Shown here one piece after another: positions 39,245 through 52,000 of a DNA stretch of 64,000 nucleotides. A program made the position numbers and the translations under genes. The first letter of the stretch is position 1, and each line of letters opens with the position of its first letter. Source of the stretch: Octopus sinensis (lineage: Eukaryota). The DNA lies in NCBI RefSeq assembly GCF_006345805.1, contig NC_043019.1:3162001-3226000 (forward strand), in the 5' to 3' direction. The notes below the pieces were generated by a model. It was not told where the DNA came from and ran no database searches. It saw only the letters and a program-made list of their open reading frames with translations.

Positions 39245-40216
39245 TATTTCTTTAATATCCACAAGGGGCTAAACATAGAGGGGACAAACAAGGACAGACA
39301 TTGGTATTAAGTCGATTACATCGACCCCAGTGCGTAACCGGTACTTTAATTTATCGACCCCGAAAGGATGAAAGGCAAAGTCGACCTCGGCGGAATTTGA
39401 CCTCGTAACGTAACGGCAGACGAAATACCTATTTCTTTATTACCCACAAGGGGCTAAACACAGAGGAGACAAACAAGGACAGACATTGGTATTAAGTCGA
39501 TTACATCGACCCCAGTGCGTAACCGGTACTTTAATTTATCGACCCCGAAAGGATGAAAGGCAAAGTCGACCTCGGCGGAATTTGAACTCAGAACGTAACG
39601 GCAGACGAAATACCTATTTCTTTATTACCCACAAGGGGCTAAACACAGAGGAGACAAACAAGGACAGACATTGGTATTAAGTCGATTACATCGACCCCAG
39701 TGCGTAACCGGTACTTTAATTTATCGACCCCGAAAGGATGAAAGGCAAAGTCGACCTCGGCGGAATTTGACCTCGTAACGTAACGGCAGACGAAATACCT
39801 ATTTCTTTATTACCCACAAGGGGCTAAACACAGAGGAGACAAACAAGGACAGACATTGGTATTAAGTCGATTACATCGACCCCAGTGCGTAACCGGTACT
39901 TTAATTTATCGACCCCGAAAGGATGAAAGGCAAAGTCGACCTCGGCGGAATTTGAACTCAGAACGTAACGGCAGACGAAATACTATTTCTTTATTACCCA
40001 CAAGGGGCTAAACATAGAGGGGACAAACAAGGACAGACATAGGTATTAAGGCGATTACATCGATCCCAGTGCGTAACCGGTACTTTAATTTATCGACCCC
40101 GAAAGGATGAAAGGCAAAGTCGACCTCGGCGGAATTTGAACTCAGAATGTAACGGTAGACGAAATACCGCTAAGCATTTCGCCCGGCGTGCTAACGTTTC
40201 TGCCAGCTCGCCGCCT
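39245..40216 (-). repeat. Head-to-tail pentamer of family M SINE inside one TSD
   Basis: Five ~184 bp units and one head. 13 bp TSD TCGAAATAATACC at 39232-39244 and 40217-40229. Confidence 0.95.
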
Positions 40217-40469
40217 TCGAAATAATACCGCACCCAAATTAACACCACCATTATCTAGTTATTGAGTATCTTTATCGAGGTACTCTCTGATGCAAGTTTT
40301 CTGATTAGATCTCCGGTCTCAGGACCATGCACCAGTGTCGGAGGCCGCGAGAAACGTTTCCGTGCTGTCCTTACTAATCAATAATAATAATGATAATGAT
40401 TTCAAATTTTGGCAAAAGGCCAGCAATTTCAGGGGAGGTGGGCAAAACGATTACATTGATCCCAGTACT

Positions 40470-40710
40470 GAATGAGAAGGTGATCAATGACAATGGAGAC
40501 ACCGTCCAGGAGCACAACACGAGGACTAATAAAGGAAAGAACATCAACTGGTAGCAAGGGGCTATCCACTTCACAGAAGACAGTATCAGAAGTACGAGTA
40601 AAATGGTTAGCAACTGGAAAGCAGCAGGACCCGATGGTGTACAGGGATTTTTGATAAAAAAAAAAAAGTTCAGTAGTTGCCATAAATTGATCGCGGAGCA
40701 ATTTAATGCA
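40470..40710 (+). mobile_element. Non-LTR (R4/Dong-like) fragment upstream of RT
   Basis: MVSNWKAAGPDGVQGFLIKK...FSSCHKLIAEQFN matches the KAPGPDG motif preceding non-LTR RTs. Confidence 0.6.
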
Positions 40711-40846
40711 TTGATAAGGTTATATAGCCTTATCTGCTTCTATATAGGCTTATCTGCTTCTAGCTTCTCTGTTAAAAAAGCGAAGAAATATATCATGTCT
40801 CTTGAAATTCCTAAATTCTGATGACGTAAACCCCACCGCACATGTA

Positions 40847-40869
<23 letters not shown>

Positions 40870-40885
<16 letters not shown>

Positions 40886-41289
40886 TCTTTTACTCTTTTA
40901 CATGTTTCAGTCATTTGACTGCGGCCATGCTGGAGCACCGCCTTTAATCGAGCAACTCGACCCCGGGACTTATTCTTTTGTAAGCCCAGTACTTATTCTA
41001 TCGGTCTCTTTTGCCGAACCGCTAAGTAACAGGAACATAAACACACCAGCATCGGTTGTCAAGCAATGCTAGGGGGACAAACACAGACACACAAACACAC
41101 ACACGCATATATATATACATATATACGACGGGCTTCTTCCAGTTTCCGTCTACCAAATCCACTCACAAGGCTTTGGTCGGCCCGAGGCTATAGTAGAAGA
41201 CACTTGCCCAAGGTGCCACGCAGTGGGACTGAACCCGGAACCATGCGGTTGGTAAACAAGCTACTTACCACACAGCCACTCCTGCGCCT
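40870..41289 (-). mobile_element. Full-length CORE-like SINE family C
   Basis: Reverse-complement head GGCGCAGGAGTGGCTGTG, CCTTGGGCAAGTG, internal (TA)/(TG) microsatellite, tail AAGTAAAAGAG. Confidence 0.85.
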
Positions 41290-41689
41290 ATATATAATTA
41301 TTTTTTCTAATTTACAGAAAGCAAAAGACGAAGACAGGTGAAGGAACATCAAGTGGGTGTATTAGTTGAACGCTTGGAAAGACTGGAAGAGCTTTTGACG
41401 TTTCGAGCCTAAGCTCTCCGACAGAAAGGGTTGAGAGAGGGGGGAAAACGGAGAGAGACAGAAAAATGTGAAGGAATTAACGATTTAAGCTTATTTACTA
41501 ATGACAGCCCATCAAATTGATGACAGCATCGATCCAAAAGGTTCATCCTCCTCTAGATCACTGTTTTTTCACTGGAGTGGACGTAGCTGACAAAACCGAT
41601 ACGGGAGAGGAAGATCCTGTGACACTGAGGGCATTGAAAGTGGCCCCTAACCACAGGAGATTCTTCCTGTCTTCATGTAGTCTCCAGCG

Positions 41690-41749
<60 letters not shown>

Positions 41750-41772
41750 GCGTGTGTATTGTGTGTGTGTGC

Positions 41773-42123
41773 GTAGGCACAGGCGTGACTGTAGTAAGAA
41801 GCTTGCTTCCCACCACATAACTCCAAATTCACTCCCACTGCGTGGAACCTTGGGCAAGTGCTTTCTACTGTACCCTCGGGTTGCGAGTGGATTTGGTAGA
41901 CGGAAACTAAAAGAAGCCCGTCGTATATATATATATGTATGTGTGTGTGTGTGTGTGTGCGTAGGCACAGGCGTGACTGTAGTAAGAAGCTTGCTTCCCA
42001 CCACATAACTCCAAATTCACTCCCACTGCGTGGAACCTTGGGCAAGTGCTTTCTACTGTACCCTCGGGTTGCGAGTGGATTTGGTAGACGGAAACTAAAA
42101 GAAGCCCGTCGTATATATATATA

Positions 42124-42165
<42 letters not shown>

Positions 42166-42606
42166 CGTGCGTATGTGTGTGCGTGTATGTATTCGTGCTC
42201 TTGCGCCTGTGTTTGTCCACCCCACCATCGTTTGACAACATATGTTGATGTGGTTATGTCCCCGTACTTAGCGGTTCGGCAAAAGGGACCAATGAAAAAA
42301 GTACTAGATTTACAAAGACTTAGTCCTATGGGGGCGCGATTTGTTCGACTAAAACTCGTTAAGGTGATGCTCCAGCATGGCCGCAGCCAAATGACAAAGA
42401 AGTAAAAAAGTAAAATCTATGTACGTATGTATCTGTATATGTGTGTGTAGGAGTGGCTGTGTAGTAAGTAGCTTGCTTACGAACCACATGGTTTCGGGTT
42501 CAGTCCCACTACGTGGCACCTTGAGCAAATGTCTTCTACTATAGCCTCGAGCCGACCAAAGCCTTGTGAGTGGATTTGGTAGACGGAAACTGAAAGAAGC
42601 CCGTCG

Positions 42607-42653
<47 letters not shown>

Positions 42654-42885
42654 GTATGTGTGTGTGTATGTGTTTGTGTGTCTGTGTTTGTCCCCTCACA
42701 ACATCGCTTGACAACCGATGCTGGTGTGTTTACGTCCCCGTAACTTAGCGGTTCGGCAAAAAGAGGCCGATAGAATAAGTACTAGTCTTACAAATGAATA
42801 AGTCCTGGGGTCGATGTGCTCGACTAAAGGCGGTGCTCCAGCATGGCCGCAGTCAAATAGCTGAAACAAGTAAAAGAGAGTAAAG
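41773..42885 (+). mobile_element. Cluster of family C SINEs with a duplicated 5' half
   Basis: Identical head+CORE halves at 41773 and 41961 share one tail (to ~42405). A further full copy at 42447-42885. Confidence 0.85.
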
Positions 42886-43586
42886 AGAGTATATGTATGT
42901 ATGTATGTATGTACGTACGTATGCATACGCATGCGTGCATGCGTGTGTGTGTGTGTGTGCGTAGGCGGATGAAGCCATATATTTCGATAGGTGTAGAGAG
43001 CGAATATTTTAATGTCTTACTCTCTGACAACCGCTCAGAGAATTCCTTATCCCGATATCCTTCAGATGTCACTCCACTGTAGAGTCCACCTTCTGTAATA
43101 TTATGCACAAAACGTTCTATCGGTTTCCTTGGTTACCATCAGGTCACTTGTAAAATAATATATATTTTATCCTATATTGATTTTGTATTTTATTTCTGTA
43201 TCATTTGAGATGAGGCGATATTTCACTCCCCCTCTCTCCATCTCTCTACATCTCTCTCTCACTCTCTCTCCCTCTCTCTTATTTCTCATGTAATTCGATC
43301 TATAGTTGTTTTATTCAAAGGAAGCTTTGGTTCTGTCGAACCTAGATCATTGAAGAAAAATATTCCGGCCATGACCGTCCAGTAGATTTCCAGGATGCAG
43401 TGCACTCCCGACTATATTGTTAAATGTGTTACTTTCTGGAACTGTAGGATGTGATATTGAGGAAGTTTGGCTACGGTTTCTAGTATTTGTAGAACGACTC
43501 CTTTATGAACTGCATCATTGACTCATATTCATTGTAATATAGTAACAACAGCTGTGACAACAGTGATGGGAGTGACGGCAGTAGCG

Positions 43587-44385
43587 GCAGCAGTAGGAAG
43601 CCCAGTGGTTAGGGCAGCGGACTCACGGTCGGAGGATCGCGGTTTCGATTCCCAGACCGGGTGTTGTGTGTGTTTATTGAGCAGAAACACCTAAAAGCTT
43701 CACGAGGCTCCGGCCGGGGATGGGTGGCGACCCCTGTTGCACTCTTTCGCCCCAACTTTCTCTCTCACTCTTTCTTCCTGTTTCTTGTCCCCCGACTTCT
43801 TACGCAACCGCTGAGCCCTGAATGCGCATTCATCCATCCGTCGATGCTCTCGGTGTCGGGGGGTTGACCTGCTTTCTCTTCTGCGGGTCTTACGAATAGC
43901 AAAGGACCACGTTTCGGACTTCTCCCATTCTGAAACGAAGACCGCTTCGCTCAGCAGCAACAGCAGCAGGAACAACAGCAATAGCGACAGTAGCAGCAGC
44001 AGCAGTAGGAAGCCCAGTGGTTAGGGCAGCGGACTCGCGGTCGGAGGATCGCGGTTTCGATTCCCAGACCGGGTGTTGTGTGTGTTTATTGAGCAGAAAC
44101 ACCTAAAGCTCCACGAGGCTCCGGCAGGGGATGGGTGGCGACCCCTGTTGCACTCTTTCGCCCCAACTTTCTCTCTCACTCTTTCTTCCTGTTTCTTGTT
44201 CCCCGACTTCTTACGCAACCGCTGAGCCTGGATGCGCATTCATTCATCCATCCGTCGATGCTCTCGGTGTCGGGGGTTGACCTGCTTTCTCTTCTGCGGG
44301 TCTTACGAATAGCAAAGGATCACGTTTCGGACTTCTCCCACTGCGAGCTCTGGGACGAAGATTGCTTCGCTCTACAGCAACAGCA
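43587..44385 (+). repeat. Tandem pair of family S (tail A) SINEs
   Basis: Both begin GCAGCAGTAGGAAGCCCAGTGG (43587, 43999), with the same 5' truncation. Several substitutions apart. Confidence 0.9.
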
Positions 44386-45629
44386 GCAGTAGTAGTAGTA
44401 ACAGCAACAGTACCAGCAATAGTAGTAGTAGTATTTAGTAGTAGTAGTAATGACAGCAGTAGCAGCAACAGTAGTAGTAGTAGTAGTAGTAGTGTAGTAG
44501 TAGTAGTAGTAGTAGCAGCAGTTGTAGCAGCAGCAACAGTTGTGGTAGTATTAGTTGCTGTCGCTGTTTAATACCCAGGTTAACAGTAAATGAGCTGACC
44601 TTTGGTCAAATGTGCTTCATGTTTGGCCATCCCGTCATTTATTCAAACCTATTGTATCTAGGTATTCAGTATGTTTAACTTGAGGGTGATTTAGCTATTA
44701 TTACCCGCAGGTCGAACAACCAGACAATGATATTTATAAAGGTAATAGTCTCCTGTTTTTCATATACAAAGAAATATTGATTTCAAATTTTGGCACAAGG
44801 CCGGGCAATTTCGGGGGAGAGCGGGAAGTCGATTACATCGGACCCCAGTGTTCAATTGGTACTTATTTCATCGACCCCGACAGGATGAAAGACTTTGAAC
44901 TCAGAACGTAAAGCCGGACGTAATGCTGTTAAGCATTTTGTCCGGTGTGCTAACTATTCAGCCAGCAGGCCACCTTACACAGAAAGAAATATTGATTTCA
45001 AAGTTTGGCACAAGGCCAGCAATTTCGGGGGAGAGCGGGAAGTCGAATTTGAACTCAGAAGATGCTACACATTTGTCTAGCCACTAACAGAGAATGAGAA
45101 CTGGATTAGACCGTCATCCAAAACGTTGCTTTTTCAGAAAACGAAAGAATATTTTCACTATTCCATAGCAAAATCATTGACAAAATATGATATCTTAGCA
45201 TCTGGAGTAGGTTGAGATGCGATAGTTTGACCAAAAGAACCGGCTATTGCAAGCAAAAATAAATATTGAAAAAAAAAAGCGCATTTGGCCAAATTTGGAC
45301 ATACGACAGTTTAACATAATAACAACGAAATATTAAAGAATTCATGCTCGTTTATGTTTTCTCCGTTAGAGGGTTAATTCTTAGTGGAGAAAAGTATACA
45401 TGATTACCAGTTTTTTTTATGAATGATTTGAAGGTAGGACAAAATGCATAATCGATATTCCTGTCTTGAAGAGATTGCGACACCCAAAACCAGGTAGGCC
45501 TGTTGCCACGTGAAATGAATTGCTTTGCTCAAGAACACATCGCCCGGTCCAAGATTCAAAACCATAATCATACTATCACACCCCTAACTACCAAGCTAAG
45601 TACCTCCATTTTATTATTTTTACCTAATA

Positions 45630-46490
45630 GGAAAAATATAATTCTGAATTTGGTAAATAAATTTATTTCTTTTCCTACCCACAAGGGTCTAAACACAGAG
45701 GGGACAAACAAGGACAGACAAACGGATTAAGTCGATTACGTCAACCCTAGTGCATAACTGGTACTTAATTGATCGACCCCGAAAGGATGAAAGACAAAGT
45801 CAACCTCGGCGGAATTTGAACTCAGAACGTAACGGTAGACGAAATACGGCTACGCATTTCGCCCGGCGTGCTGACGGTTCTGCCAGCTCGCTGCCTTCAA
45901 TTTGGTAAATAAATTGAAGATGCAAACAGCTGGGAATATACAAAAGAATATTTGTTTCTACTAATTTGGTTTTCGTTCATTGCAGAGATGAAAAAAGAAA
46001 AAAAACTATAATTTTGAGTTAATAAATAATTTCAAAGTGCAAGCAGTGGTAAAGTACATTAAGAATATTATTTCTTTCTGTCGATTTTTTTTTAGAAGAA
46101 ATACGAAATTTGGTGTCGATAGATAAATTGAAAATGGAAGTATATTTTCTTCTTATTACATGCATTGTATTATATTTTTTTTACATCACATGTGTTTGTG
46201 TTTGTGAGAGAGAAAATGATTTTTATGTTTACGAATAAATTGAGAATATATGCAGTAGAAAAGTACCTCAAAAATATATTTTTCTCATTCGGACTTTTAT
46301 AATTGTAGAGCGAACGAAGTATAATTTTCAATTTGATAAATAAATTGAAGGTGTAAGCAATGAGGAAATACATTATCAATATTTTTACGTGTTGCATCGT
46401 TTTTTTCAATTTTGTAAAGAGAAAAATATAATTCTGAATTTGATAAATGAATTAACGGAATACACAGTGATAAAATACATTAACAGTATT
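45630..46490 (+). repeat. Ancient degenerate ~105-118 bp tandem repeat
   Basis: ATAATT(C/T)T...AAATAAATT...AAATACATT motif at 45638, 46008, 46321 and 46428, with weaker units between. Confidence 0.6.
45664..45898 (-). mobile_element. Full-length family M SINE
   Basis: 17 bp TSD AATTTGGTAAATAAATT at 45647-45663 and 45899-45915. Confidence 0.9.
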
Positions 46491-47712
46491 ACCTCTTGTT
46501 AAATCTTAATTCCTTTAAATAAAATTGCAGACAATTCTAAAACACATTTACATACTAGACGTTGTTGTTCAGAAAATTTAATCTAATACGCGTAATTAAT
46601 TTAATCTAGAGTAAGAATAGAGAATTTGATAGAAGCAGCGGAGTAATGGCCGTAACGCTTCACAGAGTTTAGTTCTTATTGTTGTTGCTATTGTTAATTA
46701 GTTCCAGGTCAAACTTGATGGGACACATATATGAACAAAGACATTCCATCCGTGACCATCATGCACTTTCAGAGACGTTTACGATACGACTACATTATCA
46801 AATGTTGTTCTTATTTTAAGATGGTGGTGTGATATCTGAGAGAAATTTGACTACTGTTCCTTATTTCTTTATTGCCCACAGGGGGCTAAACAAAGGACAG
46901 ATAAAGAGATTAAGTCGATTATATCGACCCCAGTGCGTAACTGGTACTTAATTTATCGACCCCGAAAGAATGAAAGGCATAGTCGACCTCGGCGGAATTT
47001 GAACTCAGAACGTAACGGCAGACGAAATATCGCTAAGCATTTCGTCCAGTGTGCTCGCCGCCTTATAAATATAATTTGACTACTGTTTCTAGCATTGTGG
47101 CCTCCTATCAGGCTCATGGGCATTGAAAGTTTTGTTGTTGGTGTTGATATTAGTGTGGTTGAAGAAGGCGGCGAGCTGGCAGAATCGTTAGCACACCGGG
47201 CAAAACGCGTAGCGGTATCTTGTCCGTCTTTATGTTCTGAGTTCAAATTCCACCAAGGCCGACTTTAGCTTTCATTCTTTCGTGGTCGATAAAATAAGTA
47301 CTAGTTGAGTACTGGGGTTAATATAATCGCCTTAATCTCTCCACCGAAATTGCTGCCCTTGTTTCAAAATTCGAAACCGATTTCATTGTTGCGACGAGCT
47401 GGCAGAGTTGTTAGCACTCCCGAACAAAATATTTATCAGCATTTCGTCCGGCTTTACATTCTGAATTCAAGTTCCGCCGAAGTCCACTTTACATTTCCTT
47501 CTTTCAGGATCGATAAAATGAGTGCTAGTTAAGCACTGGAGTTTATGTAATTGGCGACTCCCCATCTTCCCCACAAAATTTCAGGCCTTGTGCCTAAAGT
47601 AGAAAGTTACTGTTGTGGTTGTTATCTTCGTAGTAGTTGTCGTTGTTGTTGTTGTCATCGTCGTCGTGGTTTTACTGTTGATAGTCAAATAGCTTTATAA
47701 AATTAAAACCAA

Positions 47713-47881
47713 GGCGTAGGAGTGGCTGTGTGGTAAGTAGCTTGCTTACCAACCACATGGTTCCGGGTTCAGTCCCACTGCGTGGCACCTTAGGCAAGTG
47801 TCTTCTATTATAACCTCGGGCCGACCAAAGCCTTGAGTGGATTTGGTAGACGGAAACTGAAAGAACCCCGTCGTATATATG

Positions 47882-47934
<53 letters not shown>

Positions 47935-48135
47935 TTGTGTCAGTGTTTGTCCCCACCCCCAACATCGCTTGACAACCGATGCTGGTGTGTTTGCGTCCCC
48001 GTAACTTAGCGGTTCGGCAAAAGAGACCGATAGAATAAGTACTAGGCTTACAAACTTACTGGGGTCGATTTGCTCGAATAAAGGCGGCGCTCCAGCATGG
48101 CCACAGTCAAATGACTGAAACAAGTAAAAGGGAAA
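47713..48135 (+). mobile_element. Full-length CORE-like SINE family C
   Basis: Head, CORE-like block, internal (TA)(TG) microsatellite and tail all present. Confidence 0.85.
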
Positions 48136-48974
48136 GAGAGAGAGAGAGAGAGAGTATGAATTTATTAATTTCTAAATTTGGCTCAACGTCACAGTTGCAC
48201 TGAGAAGGGGAAGAGTGAGGGGCGGTATTGTTTGATTGATTCTACCCCTAATCCAAAAAAAGGGATCAAAGCTCCCTCCCGAGACGTAGGTTCATAAGGC
48301 CACTTTCCCGAATTCTGTGGTGCGCATATATTCTCTCACCCCTGGACGGGACGCTGGCTCATCGCAAAATTACTCACTTTGCCAGCTAAGGGGACTGAAG
48401 CAACGTTAAATTAGTTTTGCTCAAGAATCGCCCGAACCAGGATCTTGAAACCACAATTTTACGATCATAAATTGCAGCGCCCTATCCACTAAGCTACGCG
48501 CCTCCACCTACCCCTAGTTTCAGAACTAGTATTTTATTTATATGGAATCTAGCATCAAACACCTTTGGATCTAAATTCAGCGCAGTAACAGACGTTACTA
48601 AATAGCTTGTAATAAATCTGGTAATTTCTAATAAATTTGCTAGCTTCTACTAAATTGTCAGCTTTTCTCCTCTGACAATATATTAAAAGATATCAAACTG
48701 TGTTTCTTTGACCTATGCTAAGCTGGAATTTTAATGATATCTGCCATCTTTGAAACTCTAAAGTTCTCTTAATGTGGTAATATGTAAATTATTCCATCTT
48801 ATTCCAAATATTGGCACATATCCATTAACATGTCTGACCGAAGGTCGTCCATGTGATATATTTCTGTTGAGTTACGAGAAACTGAGGATGCAATATGGCC
48901 GATTAGTTTATATAATCAATTCCTACAAATGTCATTTTCTTCTGTTGCCTTCAATTGACACACAGTTTCTGAGT

Positions 48975-49800
48975 TAAACTGCATAGACGGAAATTGCATG
49001 GAAATTCATGAAATAGTTGTACATCGTTGAGGAGAGCGCAAATCAGGTGAGCAGGCCACTGTGTGGCAATGTGTTACTGTTTTATTGCGAATTAGCGGAA
49101 AGCAAGAACACGCAAGGTTGACAGAAAAAGCGCTTCAAGGACACACTCAAAGCTTCACTGAAGAGCTTTGAGATCAACCCCGACGCTTGGGAAACTCAAG
49201 CACAAGATCACCCTGTATGGCAAAGCTGCACCAGTGGAGGCGCAATGGCCCAATAGTTAGGGCAGCGGACTCGCGGTCGGAGGATCGCGGTTTCGATTCC
49301 CAGACCGGGCATTGTGTGTGTTTATTGAGCGAAAACACCTAAAGCTCCACGAGGCTCCGGCAGGGGGTGGTGGAGACCCCTGTTGTACTCTTTCGCCCCC
49401 ACTTTCTCTCACTCTTTCTTCCTGTTTCTTGTCCCCGACTTCCTACGCAACCGCTGAGCCTGGATGCGCATTCATCCATCCGTCGATGTTCTCGGTGTCG
49501 AGGGTTGACCTGCTTTCTCTTCTGCGGGTCTTACGAATAGGAAAGGACCACGTTTCGGACTTCTCCCACTCTGGGACGAAGACCGCTTCGCTCAACAGCA
49601 ACAGCAAAGCTGCACCAACACAGGTGCTGCATCTCATGAGCAGAACAGGATTGCAAGGACACAAAGAAAATGCAAATCCAGTGCCAACTCCCTTCCTTCA
49701 ATCCCTAAGGACCACCAGTGCCTGACCGGTGGTAGAGACTGCCGCTCACGCATCGAACTGATTGGCCACATCCACACACACCGTGCCACGTCTTCTCTCT
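48975..49800 (+). mobile_element. 3' end of an RTE (BovB-like) LINE
   Basis: QKKRFKDTLKASLKSFEINPDAWETQAQD and terminal degenerate zinc finger DCRSRIELIGHIHTHR. Split by a SINE. Confidence 0.75.
49234..49603 (+). mobile_element. Full-length SINE family S, tail type A
   Basis: 14 bp TSD GCAAAGCTGCACCA at 49220-49233 and 49604-49617. Confidence 0.9.
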
Positions 49801-50400
49801 TCTCCCACGAGATGTCCTTGGTCAAGGCCGACATCGATGGACAAGCAAACTTTATTATACTTCTTCAACCTCAATACTTGAGGTCGACTTTGCCTTTCAT
49901 CCTTTCGGGGTCGATAAATTAAGTACCAGTTTCGCACTGGGGTCGATATAATCGACTTAATCCGTTTGTCTGTCCTTGTGCGTCCCCTCTGTGTTTAACC
50001 CCTTGTGGGGAGTAAAGAAATATATACTACTTCAACCTAAAAATTACCTTAAGGATACACGAGTGTGTGGGATACTCAGCCAGACATTTACGTGTTAATT
50101 TACGAGCAGCTTAAACGACGGAGTTTCACTGTCCCCGCCACGAGAAACTAATGAAGAACCAGTTTAAAGTTAAAATCAAATAACAAAATGCCGTTCTTAT
50201 GACGTCATAATATGAAGGTGGAGACTAAAGTTTCACTTATGCGACTAATTTCATTTACAGAAGTCATGAAAGTTACGATTTTTTGAACTTCCCTAAAAAT
50301 ATTTTTTGAAACACCTCGACACAGTTACTATTGTTGCTGAGGTCCGTCCTTAAGAAGCAGGCCCGGAGTCAAATGTTTTTCTGCTTGATCATGCCTTCTC

Positions 50401-50434
<34 letters not shown>

Positions 50435-50679
50435 CCCTCCCTCTCTCTTTCTGCTTTACTAGAATAAATTATCTAAAATGTCTTACTGTATTAAGGTGGC
50501 AGACTAGTAGAACCGCTGGCACGCCGGGTAAAATGCTTAGCGGCACTTCGTCAGTCTTCGTGTTCTGAGTTGAAATTCCACGGAGGTTAACTTTGTCTTT
50601 CATCCTTTCGGAGCCGACAAAATAAATACCAGTCGAGCACTAGGATCGATATAATTGACTTACACACACACACACACTC

Positions 50680-51424
50680 CGATTGACAATCTGTGTTGTT
50701 TTGTTTATGTCCTCTAACATAGCCCTTCGGCGAAAGCGGCCGGCCGATAGAGTAAGTTCCAAACTATAAATTAAGTACCGAGGTCAAGTCGTTCAAGTGA
50801 AAAACCCTTCACGTTGGAGTTCTCGCATGTAAAATATACAAGACTAGCAGTATCGCCCGGCGTTGCTCAGGTTTGTAAGGGAAATAACTATAAAGCATTT
50901 TTAGAGAGTTATAGCCAAAAAATAGCAAAAAAATGGAAAAAAAATTATGGTAAATTTTTTTTGAGAGTTAAAAAAGGTGGAGTTGCGTCCCCTAGACGGT
51001 CTGTGGTTTGGGTTTCTGATTCTCGACCCCATGTCGAATTTATCGATTTTTTTTCAGAACTGGGGGAACTTTTCAAAATTTTCGCTGCGTTAGTTTTGAA
51101 TTATGACATTGGGCTATGTGTGTGTCAAGTTTCATCAGAATCGGTTGAAAGCCGTGGTCAGAGTGAGGGTACGAGAAAACAGACACACAGAAAACGCACA
51201 GACAAACTGCCGTTTATATAGAGAGAGATAAATAATAAGTTTTCTTAGTCAACGTCTTCGTTTTTCAGACATGGCTTTATTTCATGTTAACATTTCGGTC
51301 AATATGCATAATTGAGCCATTTGAGGAAATGAGGACCTCAAACTCTATACAGAAATGTCTCTGAAATCTAAATCAATGTTCAAGACTAGTTCATTGGTTC
51401 TTACATTTTGAGGATGTAGCTCTT
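50680..51424 (+). repeat. Segment duplicated at 53177-53530 (this copy carries the Helitron)
   Basis: About 350 bp of shared sequence from TTGACAATCTGT to TTGAGGATGTA. Confidence 0.9.
50844..51228 (-). mobile_element. Non-autonomous Helitron, 385 bp
   Basis: Minus strand starts TC and ends CTAG, with a subterminal GC-rich hairpin (CCTGAGCAACGCCGGG). Inserted between A and T with no TSD. Empty site at 53332|53333. Confidence 0.85.
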
Positions 51425-51749
51425 CCTGGCATTGCTTGCATCGTACCAAAATTTGAAACCAATATGTCCTGTGTGTGTGTGTCTGTTTTTCATAGTTGAG
51501 TAGGAGTTGAAGAATATTTGGATGCTATTTCTAGCAGGTTAATTGACCGCAAAGTAACTGCCTATATTCCTTAGGTGTCGCAGGGTCAAAGCAATATACT
51601 GGCTGACAACAATAAAGTTCCGCCCGCATTTCTCTTTTACTATAATTATTTACGTGAATGAAATAAATTCTATTGATTTTATTTTTAGTTAGATATATCC
51701 ATGAAATTATTTTATTGATTACGTTATCGATTTCATTCTATTATTTTTG

Positions 51750-52000
51750 TTGAAAATGTTATCTCAAAGTGATCGGGTCAATGTGGTGCTTGTAATGGCG
51801 AGAAATAATTGTTCACCAGTCTTTGTTTAGTGTGAATGGAGAGGTTGGTATGGAAACGGCCTCAAAAGTGATAAAACTTTAAGACAAACGATTTTGTGGA
51901 ACTACCAGAGCCCATACTTTACCAACAGAAGGACGTTTTCGTATCGCGGACGGATGGAAATATTGCCAAGTTAGAAACTATCGTGAAGAAAATATAAAAC
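51750..52000 (+). mobile_element. Possible Tc1/mariner transposase N-terminal relic
   Basis: MLSQSDRVNVVLVMARNN... A compatible C-terminus, ISAKGGHFLHKCL*, occurs near 54240-54280. Similarity is weak and from memory. Confidence 0.3.

Noticed and set aside
39245-40216. CRISPR-like regular array
   Set aside because: Units are contiguous SINE segments without unique spacers, there are no cas genes, and the context is eukaryotic.
49234-49310. tRNA gene (also at 29620-29693, 31949-32020, 24420-24497)
   Set aside because: A- and B-box-like motifs are present but there is no complete cloverleaf, and each continues into a SINE body and tail.
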